Shown here: one piece after another, positions 1 to 10,015 of the stretch
Position numbering within the stretch: the first letter of the stretch is position 1
How the letters are laid out: each line of letters begins with the position of its first letter
NCBI GenBank assembly: GCA_963785725.1
Contig: CAWAWS010000019.1
Location: 64,001-128,000 of the forward strand
DNA length: 64,000 nucleotides
Source: an uncultured delta proteobacterium
Lineage (GTDB): Bacteria; Myxococcota_A; Polyangia; Palsa-1104
Direction of reading: 5' to 3'
Notes under the pieces: generated by a model
Seen by the model: the letters and a program-made list of their open reading frames with translations, nothing else
Told to the model about the DNA's origin: nothing
Database searches by the model: none
Position numbers and translations under genes: made by a program

Positions 1-431
1 GCCGCCGTCAGGAAGCGATCGCCTTGCCATAAGCCGATCTGCAGCCGTCGCATCGCAAAGATGAGGAATGCGCTCGTCAGCAAGTCGCCGGCCGCAGCCA
101 TCGCCAATAGCGTATGCATCAGCGTCCAAGGCGCGCCCCAAGCGACGAGGGCGGCGACATAACCGACCGGGAACGACAGCCGTATGAACAGCGTAATCGT
201 TACGCACGTGCCATAGGCGACCGGGTCGCGATAGGCCATGTACTGCACATAGACGTAGAGCAATAAGAATAATGCTACGCAGATCATGAAGAAACGAGGT
301 GCGGCAAATTGTCCCAGGCCGAGTGTGTCGAGGATCTTGTCGCCGGCGATCAAGAGCGCGCCGCCGAGCGCCAAATCGAAGAGCGCGAGAACGGCGAAGA
401 CGGCGCGCGTGACGGTCGTGAGCGCGCTCAT
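1..431 (-). CDS. Hypothetical membrane protein (about 4 TM segments), runs off the window edge
   Basis: Translated by hand from ATG 431: MSALTTVTRAVFAVLALFDLALGGALLIAG...FFMICVALFLLLYVYVQYMAY...; open to position 1. Absent from the ORF track because it has no stop in the window. Confidence 0.75.
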   Translation of the reverse strand, partial: MSALTTVTRAVFAVLALFDLALGGALLIAGDKILDTLGLGQFAAPRFFMICVALFLLLYVYVQYMAYRDPVAYGTCVTITLFIRLSFPVGYVAALVAWGAPWTLMHTLLAMAAAGDLLTSAFLIFAMRRLQIGLWQGDRFLTA

Positions 432-453
432 GAGCGACCGCCCGAGCCGCGCA

Positions 454-1614
454 TTAGGACACCTGGAACGCGGCCATCTTCGGCGCGTTGGCGAGCGGCC
501 CGGGCTGCGCGATGAGCGCGCGCAGGTCGTGAACGACGACCGAGCTGCCATCGACGCGCAAGAGCGGCAGCGAATAGTCGGGCGCCGCCAACGAGGCCGC
601 GCTCAAGTCGGGCACGTGGTCGATCCAGGTCCCTAAATTGACGTAGCGGCCGAGCTCGTAATCGAATTCGTGGGTATGGCCGAGCACGACCAGCTTCGTT
701 TTCTTCGCGGCATAACGCTGATCCTTGCCGGCGAGCAGGCTGGCCACCGACTGCCGAAAGACGTCCTTCATATCGGTGTCATTGGCGAGGCTGTCGCGCA
801 CGCGCTTGGCCGAGAGCACGCCGGGCAGGAGGTGGAGCGCCGTCCACACCTCTGCGCGCGCGAGGCCGTGAAAGTAACCGTTGTCGTAGAGCAGCTGCAC
901 GAGCGCGCGCAGACACGCGTCCGACTCCTGCTGCCGCAGCACCGCCTCGATGCCGTCGACGATGTTCTCTTCCGGCCGCACCGCCGGAATCGCCGCCACC
1001 ATCGCCTGCGGCATGCCGAGAATGCGCAGCGCCGGCATCAGCACGTGGTAAAGCGCCGCCGTGATGATCTGCCCGCGATTGACCACCCCGCCGCTCGTCA
1101 TATTCGACGGATCGAAGTCGTGCCCGTGCGCGCCGATCCAAATGCCGTCGACGTAATAGTCGTCTTTGACGGCGAGCTGCGCCTCGGTCACGCCCAGCGC
1201 CGCGGCGAACGCCGCTTTGCCGCCCGCGTCGTAGCCGGCTTCCCAGTCGTGATTTCCCGGCATGAACACCAGCCGTCCGGCCTGCGCCAGCCGTCCGAGC
1301 GCCGCAAACGCCGCCGCAAAGCGCGCGGCGACCGCTCGGACGCGGGTCGCCGCGTCGCGTACGACGCTGGCGGTCGTCGCCGCCTCGTCCACGCGGTCGG
1401 GCGGCAGCGTCTTGGCGAAGAAGTCGCGCACCCCTTTGTCGGGTGGATTCATGCCCGTCAGGTCCAAGAAGTCGCCGGCGAGCACCAGCTGGCTATCGCC
1501 GTCGGCCAGGATCTCCGCGCACATCGCCGCCAAGACGGTCTCTTTGGCGGTAGTGAACAGATAAGGCTGATCGTCGTCGTGCAGGTGCAAATCGCTGACG
1601 CAATAGATGGCCAT
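454..1614 (-). CDS. Calcineurin-like metallophosphoesterase
   Basis: Motifs SDLH, GDFLD, GNHD, HGH and GHTH; start placed at MAIYCVSD (1614). Confidence 0.85.
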   Translation of the reverse strand: MAIYCVSDLHLHDDDQPYLFTTAKETVLAAMCAEILADGDSQLVLAGDFLDLTGMNPPDKGVRDFFAKTLPPDRVDEAATTASVVRDAATRVRAVAARFAAAFAALGRLAQAGRLVFMPGNHDWEAGYDAGGKAAFAAALGVTEAQLAVKDDYYVDGIWIGAHGHDFDPSNMTSGGVVNRGQIITAALYHVLMPALRILGMPQAMVAAIPAVRPEENIVDGIEAVLRQQESDACLRALVQLLYDNGYFHGLARAEVWTALHLLPGVLSAKRVRDSLANDTDMKDVFRQSVASLLAGKDQRYAAKKTKLVVLGHTHEFDYELGRYVNLGTWIDHVPDLSAASLAAPDYSLPLLRVDGSSVVVHDLRALIAQPGPLANAPKMAAFQVS

Positions 1615-1712
1615 TCGCCCTCTCGCCGGCTCGGATCTCACCGATCATACGTGAAAGTGGGTGGCGTGGCGACGGAGATGCGGCATTTCGCCGCAGTGGT
1701 AAGCGGACGGTC

Positions 1713-2252
1713 TTACTGGTTGGCGCTGGACGGCGGAACGAGCTTCTTCAGACGCAAATAGGTGACGATGTTTCCATAGTGCTCGTTGTCGTGCGCGACA
1801 TTGATATCGAGCGCCGCGAAGCGCGTCAGCTTCTGTCCGAACATCTCCACCGGCTGCGTCAAGGTCGCGTCCGTGGTCGACGCATAGACCGCGTCACAGT
1901 AAGCGAAGCCATCCGCGAGCGCCTTCTGCAGCGCCGCCTTCGTCGTCGCCGTCTTCTCGAAGTCCGGCTTCTTCGCGGTCGTGTCGTGCTTCGCCAGGCT
2001 ACAGAACATCATCTGCGCGTCGGCCACGTGGCCGATGAGCTGCCCGAAGCTGCGCACGTCCGGCGTCGGCTTGAAGCCATACTGGTCGGCCGGCATCTCG
2101 GCCGCCGCGCCGATGAGGAACTTCTTCACGCGCTCGTAGCTGTGCGTGACGGTCTGCGACAGCGGATTGGCGGCGTCGGCCGGCTTCGGCGGATCCGCCA
2201 GCGCCGTCGTGCCCGCGAGAAGCAAACCAGCAGTGACCAGGCTCTTGTGCAT
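1713..2252 (-). CDS. Exported DinB-family protein
   Basis: Signal peptide, FKPTPDVRSFGQLIGHVA and HDNEHYGNIVTYLRL motifs; AGGAG SD upstream of ATG 2252. Confidence 0.8.
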   Translation of the reverse strand: MHKSLVTAGLLLAGTTALADPPKPADAANPLSQTVTHSYERVKKFLIGAAAEMPADQYGFKPTPDVRSFGQLIGHVADAQMMFCSLAKHDTTAKKPDFEKTATTKAALQKALADGFAYCDAVYASTTDATLTQPVEMFGQKLTRFAALDINVAHDNEHYGNIVTYLRLKKLVPPSSANQ

Positions 2253-2358
2253 GTCGATTCTCCTAGAAGATGCGCGCGAAATTAACATGAACCGCTCGGC
2301 CCAACGCGACGTCGGGCGAGCGAGACTGAGTATCGGAGTGGAGTGAAAGTGTTACGCG

Positions 2359-2658
2359 CTAACGGGGCGTAAGCGGTTGTAGCTGGATTTCTTTGGCGAG
2401 GCGCTCGGTGGCTTGGTCGATCTTGCGAAAGGCCGCGTGAAGAGCTCTGGCGTAGCGCTTTCCGGCATCGGTGAGAGTTAGCCGGGCCTTGCCGCGCTCG
2501 ACAAGAGCCACCCCGAGGCGCCGTTCCAGCGTCGATATCAGCTGGCTGACGGCGCTCGGAGTGACGTTGAGCTCCTGGGCCGCTGCGGTTAGGCTCTTCT
2601 GGTGGGCGAGCACATCCAACGCTCGCATCGCCGTGAAGGACAGTCGCAGCTGGCCCAT
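2359..2658 (-). CDS. Stand-alone LysR-type HTH domain protein (no effector-binding domain)
   Basis: SLTAAAQELNVTPSAVSQLISTLERRLGVALVER...LTDAG is the LysR HTH signature; stops after 99 aa. Confidence 0.8.
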   Translation of the reverse strand: MGQLRLSFTAMRALDVLAHQKSLTAAAQELNVTPSAVSQLISTLERRLGVALVERGKARLTLTDAGKRYARALHAAFRKIDQATERLAKEIQLQPLTPR

Positions 2659-2671
2659 TGCGCCCCTTTGA

Positions 2672-5600
2672 TTAGAACGACAGACGGACGCCGAATCGCA
2701 TCGACAGCGGCGCCTGGTACGACGTCGCGCGACCGTAGTTCGGGTTGAGCGTCACCGCGTTGCCGCTGACCGTCTTCAGGTTCACGAGGTCGGCAATCGT
2801 GCCGCCGATGATCGGGCGAACCGCCGAGGTCGTGTACTGCTCGTCGACCGTGGCAACCGCCTGCTCGTTGAACAAGTTGAAGACGTCCGCGTAGGCCTCG
2901 AAGGTGAAGATCTTCGAGATCTGGCGGCGATACTGCGCATGCAGGTCGAACTGCGTGGTGAAGGGCGTACGACCGCCCGAGCCACGCGGCAGGACGTAGG
3001 TCTCGTCCGGGCCGTAGAAGGCGTGGCTGCCGAGGACCTCGATCGGGCTACCCGACAAGCCGTTGAACGCGAGACCGAGGACGACCGTGTTGTCGCCGAA
3101 CGGAATGAAGTACGAGCCCTGGACCTTGATGTTGTGCGGATGGTCGTTCGGCAGCGGACCATTGCGGTTGATGAGCAGCTCGCGCAAGTCGTACTGCGTC
3201 GAGATGTTCGGGTCGAGCTGGCCGTTCGAGGCCTGGAACAAGCCCGGGTAGTTACCGACCGTGCGCGAGTACGTGTACGACGCCAACAGCAGGAAGTTGT
3301 GCGAGAGGCGCTTCTGGGCCGTGAGGACCATGGCGTCGTAGTTACGAACCGGCTTCGGGAAGCCCGAGCCGACGTTCTTGTACTCGGCGAGCTGCTGCTG
3401 AAGGTTGGCGCGCGGGCAGCCCGGGCCACCGATGCTGCTGCAGGTCGACGGATCCGGCGCCGTGGCGCTGATCTTGTTCTCGAGCTTCTTGACTTCGCCT
3501 TCGTCGACGCCGCTGCCGGGGTTGGCAACGAGGTACGTGTTACCGCCGTCCGGCGAGACGTCCTCGATGATGCGGCCGAGGTCGCGATGGATGTACGTCG
3601 CGCCGAGGACCATGTCGAGACCCACGTCGTACTGCACGCCGGCGACGACTTCTTCCGAGAACTGGCCCTTCAGGTCGGGAGCCACGATGCCGTTGGTGCC
3701 GCCCGAGATGCGGTTGTTGGTGACCATCGGCTGCGGGCAGCTCGCCGGGTTGAGGCGCGCGCCCTGGACGAAGCCGGCGCAGGTGTTGCCGAGCGAGTAG
3801 TTGGCGATGAGGCCTTCCTGGCCGAACTCGCGGTCGTTGATGTCGAGCGGGATCGACTCGTAGAAGCGGCCGTAGCTGGCGAAGATCTTCGACCGGCCCT
3901 TACGCGTCCAGTCGTAGACGACGCCGACGCGCGGCGCCCAGTTGTCGTAGATGCCGATGAACGTCTTGCCCGTCGAGTCCTGCGCCTGCTGACCTTCCCA
4001 GCGGACGCCGGCGTTGACCGTCAAGCCGGGGACGAAGCCGACGTTGTACGAATCGCGGAGGTAGGCGCCGTAGTTGAGCGTGCTCGTCGTCGGGGCGAGG
4101 CCGCCCGGCAACAGCATACCGGGGCCGTTGTCGCCGTTCGCGTTAATCTTGTGCGCGTACTCGCGGTAGATCTCCGGGTCCGGATCGTCGGGCGTGATGG
4201 TGTAAAGCGGACCGCCCGAGTAACCACGCTGGTCCTTGTAGATGTTGTCTTCGAAGTCGGCGCCGATCTTCAACGCGTGCGTACCACCGAGGCGCGCGAA
4301 GTAGGTGGCCGAGGCCGCCGCCGAGACGCGCTGGTTGGTCGTGTGATTGATGTAGCCGTAGCCGTTGTCCTGGTAGTTGAGGACCGGGCAGGGGTTGAAG
4401 TTCGGCGTCGCCGGGTTGATCGCGCAAGGCGTGACGCTCGGCTCGAAGTAGGCGAGCGGCTCGGTGACCTGGTAGATGACGGCCGAGTTCTGACCCGCCG
4501 GCGGCGTCGTCGTGCGCGCGTCTTCATAGTGGTAACCGACGAGGACGTCGACCTGGAGGCGGCGATCGAGGAGCTTCGACACGAAGTGGATCTGCGCGTC
4601 GTGCGTGTTGTCGAACACGTGCGCGAGCGCGGCCGCCGCCGAGCCGTTCAACGTGCCGAGGAGGCCGTCGGTCGTCGCCGGGCTGCCGATGTACTGGATG
4701 CTCAAGCTGTTGTTGGCGTTGAGCTGGAAGTTGAACTTCGCGATCCAGTTGTAGAGGCGCTTGTCGTACGAGTAGTGCGTGTCGTACGCGCTGCCGAGGT
4801 TCTGCATGTTGTAGCCCGGCGACGTGCAGAGGCGCTTGTCGAGGTACTCCGGGCACGTGATCGGCGCGAGGTCACCGCCGTACGGGGTGGTCGAGCCGGC
4901 CGGCATGTCGGCGTCGGTGCGCTCGCGGAGCGAACGAACCGTGTCGTAGCTGGTGAAGGTCGGCGCGAAACCAACGTAGAACCAGACCTTGTCCTTGACG
5001 ATCGGGCCACCCAAGTCGAAGCCGAAGTCGAGGCCGTACTTCTCTTTCGTGCGGCTGTAGATGGCTTCGCCCGAGCGACCGACGATCTTCGGCTCGAGCT
5101 GGAACGGCGTGGCGTACAGCCACAAACCGCCGTGGAACTGGTTCGAGCCCGACTTCGTGATGACGTTGACGACGCCGCCCGTGGCGCGGCCGTACTCGGC
5201 GTTGTAACCGCCGGTGATGAGCTCCGTCTCGCCGACGAACTCGAGGGTCAGCTGCGTACCGACGAGGCCGAAGGCCGGGTTGGTCGAGTTGACGCCGTCG
5301 ATGAGGTAGTTGTTCTCGGGACCGGTCGCGCCCGAGAAGCTGATGCTGGCGCCCTTGCCGATGCCGGCTTCGCCGGTACCCTGGGCGGCGCCCGGCGCCA
5401 TCGCCATGATCGCGTCGTACGTACGACCCTGAACCGGCGTGTTGCGGATCAGCTCGCTCGTGACCGTCGTCTGCTGCTGCGTGTTGCCGACGTCGACGGT
5501 CGGCGCCTTCTCGACGATGCGGTAGGTCTTGACCTCCGCCTTCTGCGTCGGGAACGTGATGTTGACCGGCAGCGTCTTATCGGACTGCAGGAAGATGCCG

Positions 5601-5896
5601 GGGCGCTCGACGTTGATGTCCGAGAAGTAGAAGCGAACGAGGTACTCGCCGGGGGGCAGCTCGGTGATGATGTAGTGGCCGCCCGCGTCGGTGAACTCCG
5701 TCTGCTCGCCCTGCAGTGCCGGCGAGGTGACGGTGACGGTGACGCCGGCGAGCTTCTTGCCGGTCGCTTGATCGGTGACGACGCCCTCGATGTTACCGGT
5801 TACGTCGGCGTGCGCGGTCGCGGGGATGAGCAGAACCCCCAAGAGCGCGGGCAACGCCCAGGCGAGCAGGCGGGTCTTCAGAATGGAGGCTTTCAT
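2672..5896 (-). CDS. Oar-like TonB-dependent outer membrane receptor with N-terminal carboxypeptidase-regulatory-like domain
   Basis: Signal peptide, plug motif GGYNAEYGRATGGVVNVITKSGSN, C-terminal RFGVRLSF; ATGA overlap with the upstream gene. Confidence 0.9.
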   Translation of the reverse strand: MKASILKTRLLAWALPALLGVLLIPATAHADVTGNIEGVVTDQATGKKLAGVTVTVTSPALQGEQTEFTDAGGHYIITELPPGEYLVRFYFSDINVERPGIFLQSDKTLPVNITFPTQKAEVKTYRIVEKAPTVDVGNTQQQTTVTSELIRNTPVQGRTYDAIMAMAPGAAQGTGEAGIGKGASISFSGATGPENNYLIDGVNSTNPAFGLVGTQLTLEFVGETELITGGYNAEYGRATGGVVNVITKSGSNQFHGGLWLYATPFQLEPKIVGRSGEAIYSRTKEKYGLDFGFDLGGPIVKDKVWFYVGFAPTFTSYDTVRSLRERTDADMPAGSTTPYGGDLAPITCPEYLDKRLCTSPGYNMQNLGSAYDTHYSYDKRLYNWIAKFNFQLNANNSLSIQYIGSPATTDGLLGTLNGSAAAALAHVFDNTHDAQIHFVSKLLDRRLQVDVLVGYHYEDARTTTPPAGQNSAVIYQVTEPLAYFEPSVTPCAINPATPNFNPCPVLNYQDNGYGYINHTTNQRVSAAASATYFARLGGTHALKIGADFEDNIYKDQRGYSGGPLYTITPDDPDPEIYREYAHKINANGDNGPGMLLPGGLAPTTSTLNYGAYLRDSYNVGFVPGLTVNAGVRWEGQQAQDSTGKTFIGIYDNWAPRVGVVYDWTRKGRSKIFASYGRFYESIPLDINDREFGQEGLIANYSLGNTCAGFVQGARLNPASCPQPMVTNNRISGGTNGIVAPDLKGQFSEEVVAGVQYDVGLDMVLGATYIHRDLGRIIEDVSPDGGNTYLVANPGSGVDEGEVKKLENKISATAPDPSTCSSIGGPGCPRANLQQQLAEYKNVGSGFPKPVRNYDAMVLTAQKRLSHNFLLLASYTYSRTVGNYPGLFQASNGQLDPNISTQYDLRELLINRNGPLPNDHPHNIKVQGSYFIPFGDNTVVLGLAFNGLSGSPIEVLGSHAFYGPDETYVLPRGSGGRTPFTTQFDLHAQYRRQISKIFTFEAYADVFNLFNEQAVATVDEQYTTSAVRPIIGGTIADLVNLKTVSGNAVTLNPNYGRATSYQAPLSMRFGVRLSF

Positions 5897-7080
5897 TTGC
5901 ACTGCTCCGGGGTGACGTGGTTCGCGACCGCGATCGGATCCATCGTCGGGTCGGTCGTGTCAGAACCAGCGACCGTGAAGACGATCGGGTCCGAGGTGAA
6001 GACCGGACCAGCGCCGCCCAAACCCTTGGCGTTGATCACGATCGAGTAATCGCCGGCCGGCCAATCGGCCGGCACGCGCGTAGCGCCAGTGCCCGAGGTG
6101 TAAACGAGGTTGAGCGTGAGCGTATCCTGCGCCGCGGCGCACATCGTCGGATCCGCGCCACGATCGTCGTAGGCTTCGATGGCGGCCGGATTGAAGCCGG
6201 CAGCGGTGCTCGTCGACGACGGATCGATCGTCACCGTCGTCTCGTCCACGGACTCCCAGAAGGGATACTGAACGACGTCGTTCGGCGCGATCGTCGCCAT
6301 GCCCGCGGCCGAGTAGTCGCCGTCGCCGCCGAGGTTCGGCGTCAGATCCTCCGTCGTGAACTTGAAATCGGTCGGGTCGCCGAGGGGCGCGCCGCTGGCG
6401 TCCGTGACCGCCTCACCCTGTTCGCTCTTCAACTGCGAGGTATGCAGGCGAATCGTATAGGTCGTGCTGGGATTCAGCGGACCGAGGGGATTGGTCACGA
6501 TCGCCGGGCCGAACGGGATCCAGATGACGTCCGACGTAAACGTCGACGCGCCCTCGTTGTCCCAAAATCCGGTGATCGGGAAGTTGGTGCCATCCGGATT
6601 GAGGAGCTCGAGGATGCCCGGGTTGAGCGACATCTGCTGGCCCGGGAGCTGGGCGCCGTTCGCGTCGACCTTGATCGTCTCGATGTTGGGATTGAGCTGC
6701 TTATTGAAGACGACGCGAATCGCGGTGTTGTCGCCGTTGAGCTGCACGCCAGTGCTCGGTACCTTGAGCGGGTCGACGCAGAAGCCGTCCGAATGGCAGG
6801 TGAGATCCGGAAAGGTCTGCGCGATCAGGAACTGGGTCACGCACGGATTGTTGACGGCGCAAGCCACCTGAGGGGTGTTGTCGAGCAAGTCGGTGATGGC
6901 GGCGCGCTGCGCCGGCGGACCGCCAACGAAGGCGTAGTCCTGGATGGTCAAGCGCGTAAGCTTAGGACCGCCTTTGGGAGGGGGTGTTTGCCCCAACGTC
7001 AGGTCGGAGCAGCCCGACCCCGCTGTCAGCGACGCCGCCAACAGCGCCATTAGTGGGATGTTTCCGAACTGCGTTCGCAT
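5893..7080 (-). CDS. Lipoprotein with probable Ig-like domains, co-transcribed with the TonB receptor
   Basis: Lipobox AGSGC; IRVVFNKQLNP...LNPSTTYTIRL...FKFTT resembles a bacterial Ig-like fold; AAGGAG SD. Confidence 0.8.
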   Translation of the reverse strand: MRTQFGNIPLMALLAASLTAGSGCSDLTLGQTPPPKGGPKLTRLTIQDYAFVGGPPAQRAAITDLLDNTPQVACAVNNPCVTQFLIAQTFPDLTCHSDGFCVDPLKVPSTGVQLNGDNTAIRVVFNKQLNPNIETIKVDANGAQLPGQQMSLNPGILELLNPDGTNFPITGFWDNEGASTFTSDVIWIPFGPAIVTNPLGPLNPSTTYTIRLHTSQLKSEQGEAVTDASGAPLGDPTDFKFTTEDLTPNLGGDGDYSAAGMATIAPNDVVQYPFWESVDETTVTIDPSSTSTAAGFNPAAIEAYDDRGADPTMCAAAQDTLTLNLVYTSGTGATRVPADWPAGDYSIVINAKGLGGAGPVFTSDPIVFTVAGSDTTDPTMDPIAVANHVTPEQCK

Positions 7081-7174
7081 GCTCGCTCCTTAGGCAATCT
7101 AATCCCGTCGCCGTGGCTGCCCCGCCACGGACGCGCGTCGCGCCCCGCTCTCCGATCGACGTCTCGATCGGCCG

Positions 7175-7190
7175 CGCACTCGCCATTCCA
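7175..7190 (-). promoter_or_regulatory. Candidate sigma-54 promoter for the lipoprotein-TonB receptor operon
   Basis: Minus strand TGGAATGGCGAGTGCG has GG-N10-GC spacing; inverted repeat at 7241-7267 and an A-tract lie upstream. Confidence 0.4.
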
Positions 7191-7295
7191 ACACCGCGTC
7201 TACTTGCCCCCTGGCTTGCGTTCGCGGCGTTCTTTTTTTCGATCGGCTCCTTTACAAGAGACCGATCATATGCTCGTCATCGGCATAACCCTGAG

Positions 7296-8315
7296 TCAGG
7301 CGCACGGCCATCCTACTGGCGATGCGCCGGTCGTCAACAACTTCTCGCCATGACCGTAATGACAAAAGCGTGTGCCGCACCGCATCGGATCCGGCGTGCA
7401 TAGCTCGTAGACATACGCCGTCCCGTCGCTGTTGCAGGTGAAAGGCACCCCCGGCGGCGGCACGTCGAGCGGGCAATCGTAGCCGCGACAAAACTGGCAG
7501 CCGCCGCCGTCGCAGGTGTTGTCGACCGTGGCGAGCACAGTGTCGGGATAGTCGTAGAGGCCCCAAAAGCTCGCACAGGCATAGTTCTGCAGCTCTTGTT
7601 GCGTCACTGCATCGCTGCTCAACGTCATCGTTACAGCGGTGCTCAAAGGCAGCTCCGCTGCCGGAGTTACCGTCGCTGTGGGAAAGCACAAGTCGGTGAA
7701 GTGACCGACCGAGTCGAAGTGGCCGCAGTCGAAGAAGCTGGGCGCCTTCAGCGTCGGGCGCTGCACGAGACTGAAGCCGGTCGTCGACGGGAAAAGGTCG
7801 AGATAGAGGCTGGGATCGGCCGGATGGCCCGCGGCGAGGAAGAAGAGATCTACATTTGTAATCGCGCCCAACACGCGATCGGGGGAGTTTTCATTGGTGC
7901 TCGGGACGAGGTCGAGCTGACCATTCCCGTTATTGTCGGCGAACGCGAGAATCGTCCCTAATGCGTAACGGGTCGACGGATCGAGCCCGCTCGCCGGAAC
8001 CGCGCCGTTCAATGGCGCCACCGAATGAATGGCCGGCGCCGGCGGCAGCGCATTGAGACCGAGCGTAAATGTCGTCAGATCCTTATCGAGGACGCCGAGC
8101 TGGCCGGCATAGCTGCTGGCGCCGTCGCGATCGTTTTGCCACAAGACCACGATGCTGACCGGCGTCGTCGTGGGATTGGGTGTCGAATAGGCGACGTTGC
8201 CGTCGAGCGTGACGTACGGCGGCGCATAATCTCCCGTCGCCAGCGGATCGCCGCAGCCGGCCACGAACAGGCCGGCGACAGTGACCGCTAAGGGCTGCGG
8301 AAAGAGCTGCTTCAT
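7296..8315 (-). CDS. Hypothetical Cys-rich lipoprotein
   Basis: Lipobox FVAGC, DNNGNGQLD Ca-binding-like loop, Cys-rich C terminus; start at MKQLF (8315) just below an ECF-type promoter. Confidence 0.75.
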   Translation of the reverse strand: MKQLFPQPLAVTVAGLFVAGCGDPLATGDYAPPYVTLDGNVAYSTPNPTTTPVSIVVLWQNDRDGASSYAGQLGVLDKDLTTFTLGLNALPPAPAIHSVAPLNGAVPASGLDPSTRYALGTILAFADNNGNGQLDLVPSTNENSPDRVLGAITNVDLFFLAAGHPADPSLYLDLFPSTTGFSLVQRPTLKAPSFFDCGHFDSVGHFTDLCFPTATVTPAAELPLSTAVTMTLSSDAVTQQELQNYACASFWGLYDYPDTVLATVDNTCDGGGCQFCRGYDCPLDVPPPGVPFTCNSDGTAYVYELCTPDPMRCGTRFCHYGHGEKLLTTGASPVGWPCA

Positions 8316-8329
8316 CTTTGTCGGCACAC

Positions 8330-8358
8330 TAGACACCATGTCGCGAAAAAGGCGGCAA
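8330..8358 (-). promoter_or_regulatory. Candidate ECF sigma promoter (copy 2)
   Basis: TTGCCG-N16-GTGTCTA; same layout as the motif upstream of the ECF sigma gene. Confidence 0.65.
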
Positions 8359-8367
8359 TCGTTTTTT

Positions 8368-10015
8368 TCAGAAATAGACCCCTAATCCCAGCCCCGTTTG
8401 ATAGGTGGCCGCGGTCGTGGTGGACTGTTTGTTTCCGTCAGTGGTTCGCATGAAATAAGTCAGCCCAGCCACTTCCAGTCGCACATACAAACGGTGTGGG
8501 AGCGGCACTTCGAGCTGCCCGACGACACCCGCGAACGGCGCTGGCGCGCTGCGGCTCGGCGTCGCGGCCATGATCGTCGACGGTGGGTCGTGAAAGGCTT
8601 GCAGGAACGCGGCGACGCCGACCTCGAGCCCGGCGTCGAGCGTGACCGGTCCGAGGTCGAACGCGCGAATGGCATCGACGGCGGCGGAGAGCTCGCGCGT
8701 GTCGATGGTCCAGCGCGTGTTTTGCCGCGTGGAGCTCGAGAAACCGAGGCGAAACTCGAGCGAAATCTGCCGTAAATCGACGCGCGCGCCGAGCTCGGTG
8801 CGCCACGCGGTGCCGAGGCCGGCGATGTCGCCGCGCGCGCCGCCGTCGGCGAACAGCGAGCCCGAGAGGCGGCGCTCGGTGCCGCCTTTGCGGACGACGC
8901 GCGCATAGTCGATTCGCGCCATTACTTTCGGCTCTACTAAGGTGACCTTCTGCGCGCTGACGTCGAAGCGGCCCTGCTCGAGATAGTCGATGTCGCGGCG
9001 CGTAACGAAGTAGCGGCCGGCGTCGAGCGCGATGCGCGCGCCGCCATCGCTGGCGGCGATCTCGGCGACGACCGGGCCGTCGGTGCTGCTCTTGTGGACG
9101 CTATAGACGCCCGCTCGCGCGAACGCCAGCGTGCCGACGTCGCGATGCTCGGCGCCGGGGCGCGTCAGAATCGAATCTTCGCGACCGCCGAGGTCGAGGC
9201 GAAACGTCGGGTGCTGCGGGCCGGCCAGCGTGCGCGACGTCGTGGCCAGCGTGCGCTCTTTGGCGTAGGCGAAGGCTTCGCCGAGCGTCACGGCGCCGTC
9301 ACGATTGGTGTCGCCGGCGCCGAGCAGCGCCGAGACCAACGCGTGCGTGAAGAACGAAGCGCCGAGCGCGTCCGATTCCTGCGAGCTCTCACCGGCGGCG
9401 CTCGACGACAGCATGGCCACGCCGGTGGCGCCGATGGGAAACGACAGATCGATGTCGAAGGCGGCGGCGGGCGTGCCGCCTTTGACGCGCGTCATCGCGC
9501 CCGAGCGGCAGGCGTCGAGCGCGAGCACGCGCGCCGTCGCCGACGAGCCGGTGACGAGGTCGCGCAGCTCGTCGATGCCGAGGTGGGAGCCGTCGAGGTG
9601 CAGCGCGCCGGCGTCGGCGTGGCCCGAATAATAGACGAACATGAGCGAATCGCCGCCCAGCTGACGCACGCGCGCGTTGATGGCGATGAGCGCGCGCCGC
9701 ACCTCCGAGGCGCGCAGAATCGACGAGCGAGATGACGTTTTCGGGCTGGAATCCGCCGAGCGTGCGCAGCACGCCGCCGACGCGGGCCGCGTCCGATTCG
9801 GCGTAGTGCAAGACGACCTCATCGGCGTCGCCGTGGTTGTTGCCGATGACGACGGCGAAGCGGTTGGGCTCGGCGCCGGCGTTCGAAGCGACGGCGACGA
9901 CGCCGGCGAGCACGACGAGCAGCGCGAGCCGGCCCGGCCCGCGCCCTCGCCTGGCGGCGCGACGGAGGGCGAGCCACTGCCGAATGCGCGCCCGCGTCGT
10001 CCGCAAACGCGTCAT
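8368..10015 (-). CDS. Exported caspase-family (peptidase C14) protease with C-terminal beta-barrel-like domain; one frameshift near 9715
   Basis: N part (signal peptide, RFAVVIGNN, LHYAESDA) is in ORF 9389..10162; catalytic YSGH and DACRSG are in ORF 8368..9822; ends GLGLGVYF; ATGA overlap with the upstream gene. Confidence 0.85.

Noticed and set aside
2939..6049. 1036-aa plus-strand ORF, and similar long ORFs at 11699..13948, 44699..47110, 51717..54230 and 61610..63490
   Set aside because: Antisense or alternate-frame shadows of clear genes, expected in high-GC DNA; no recognisable motifs.
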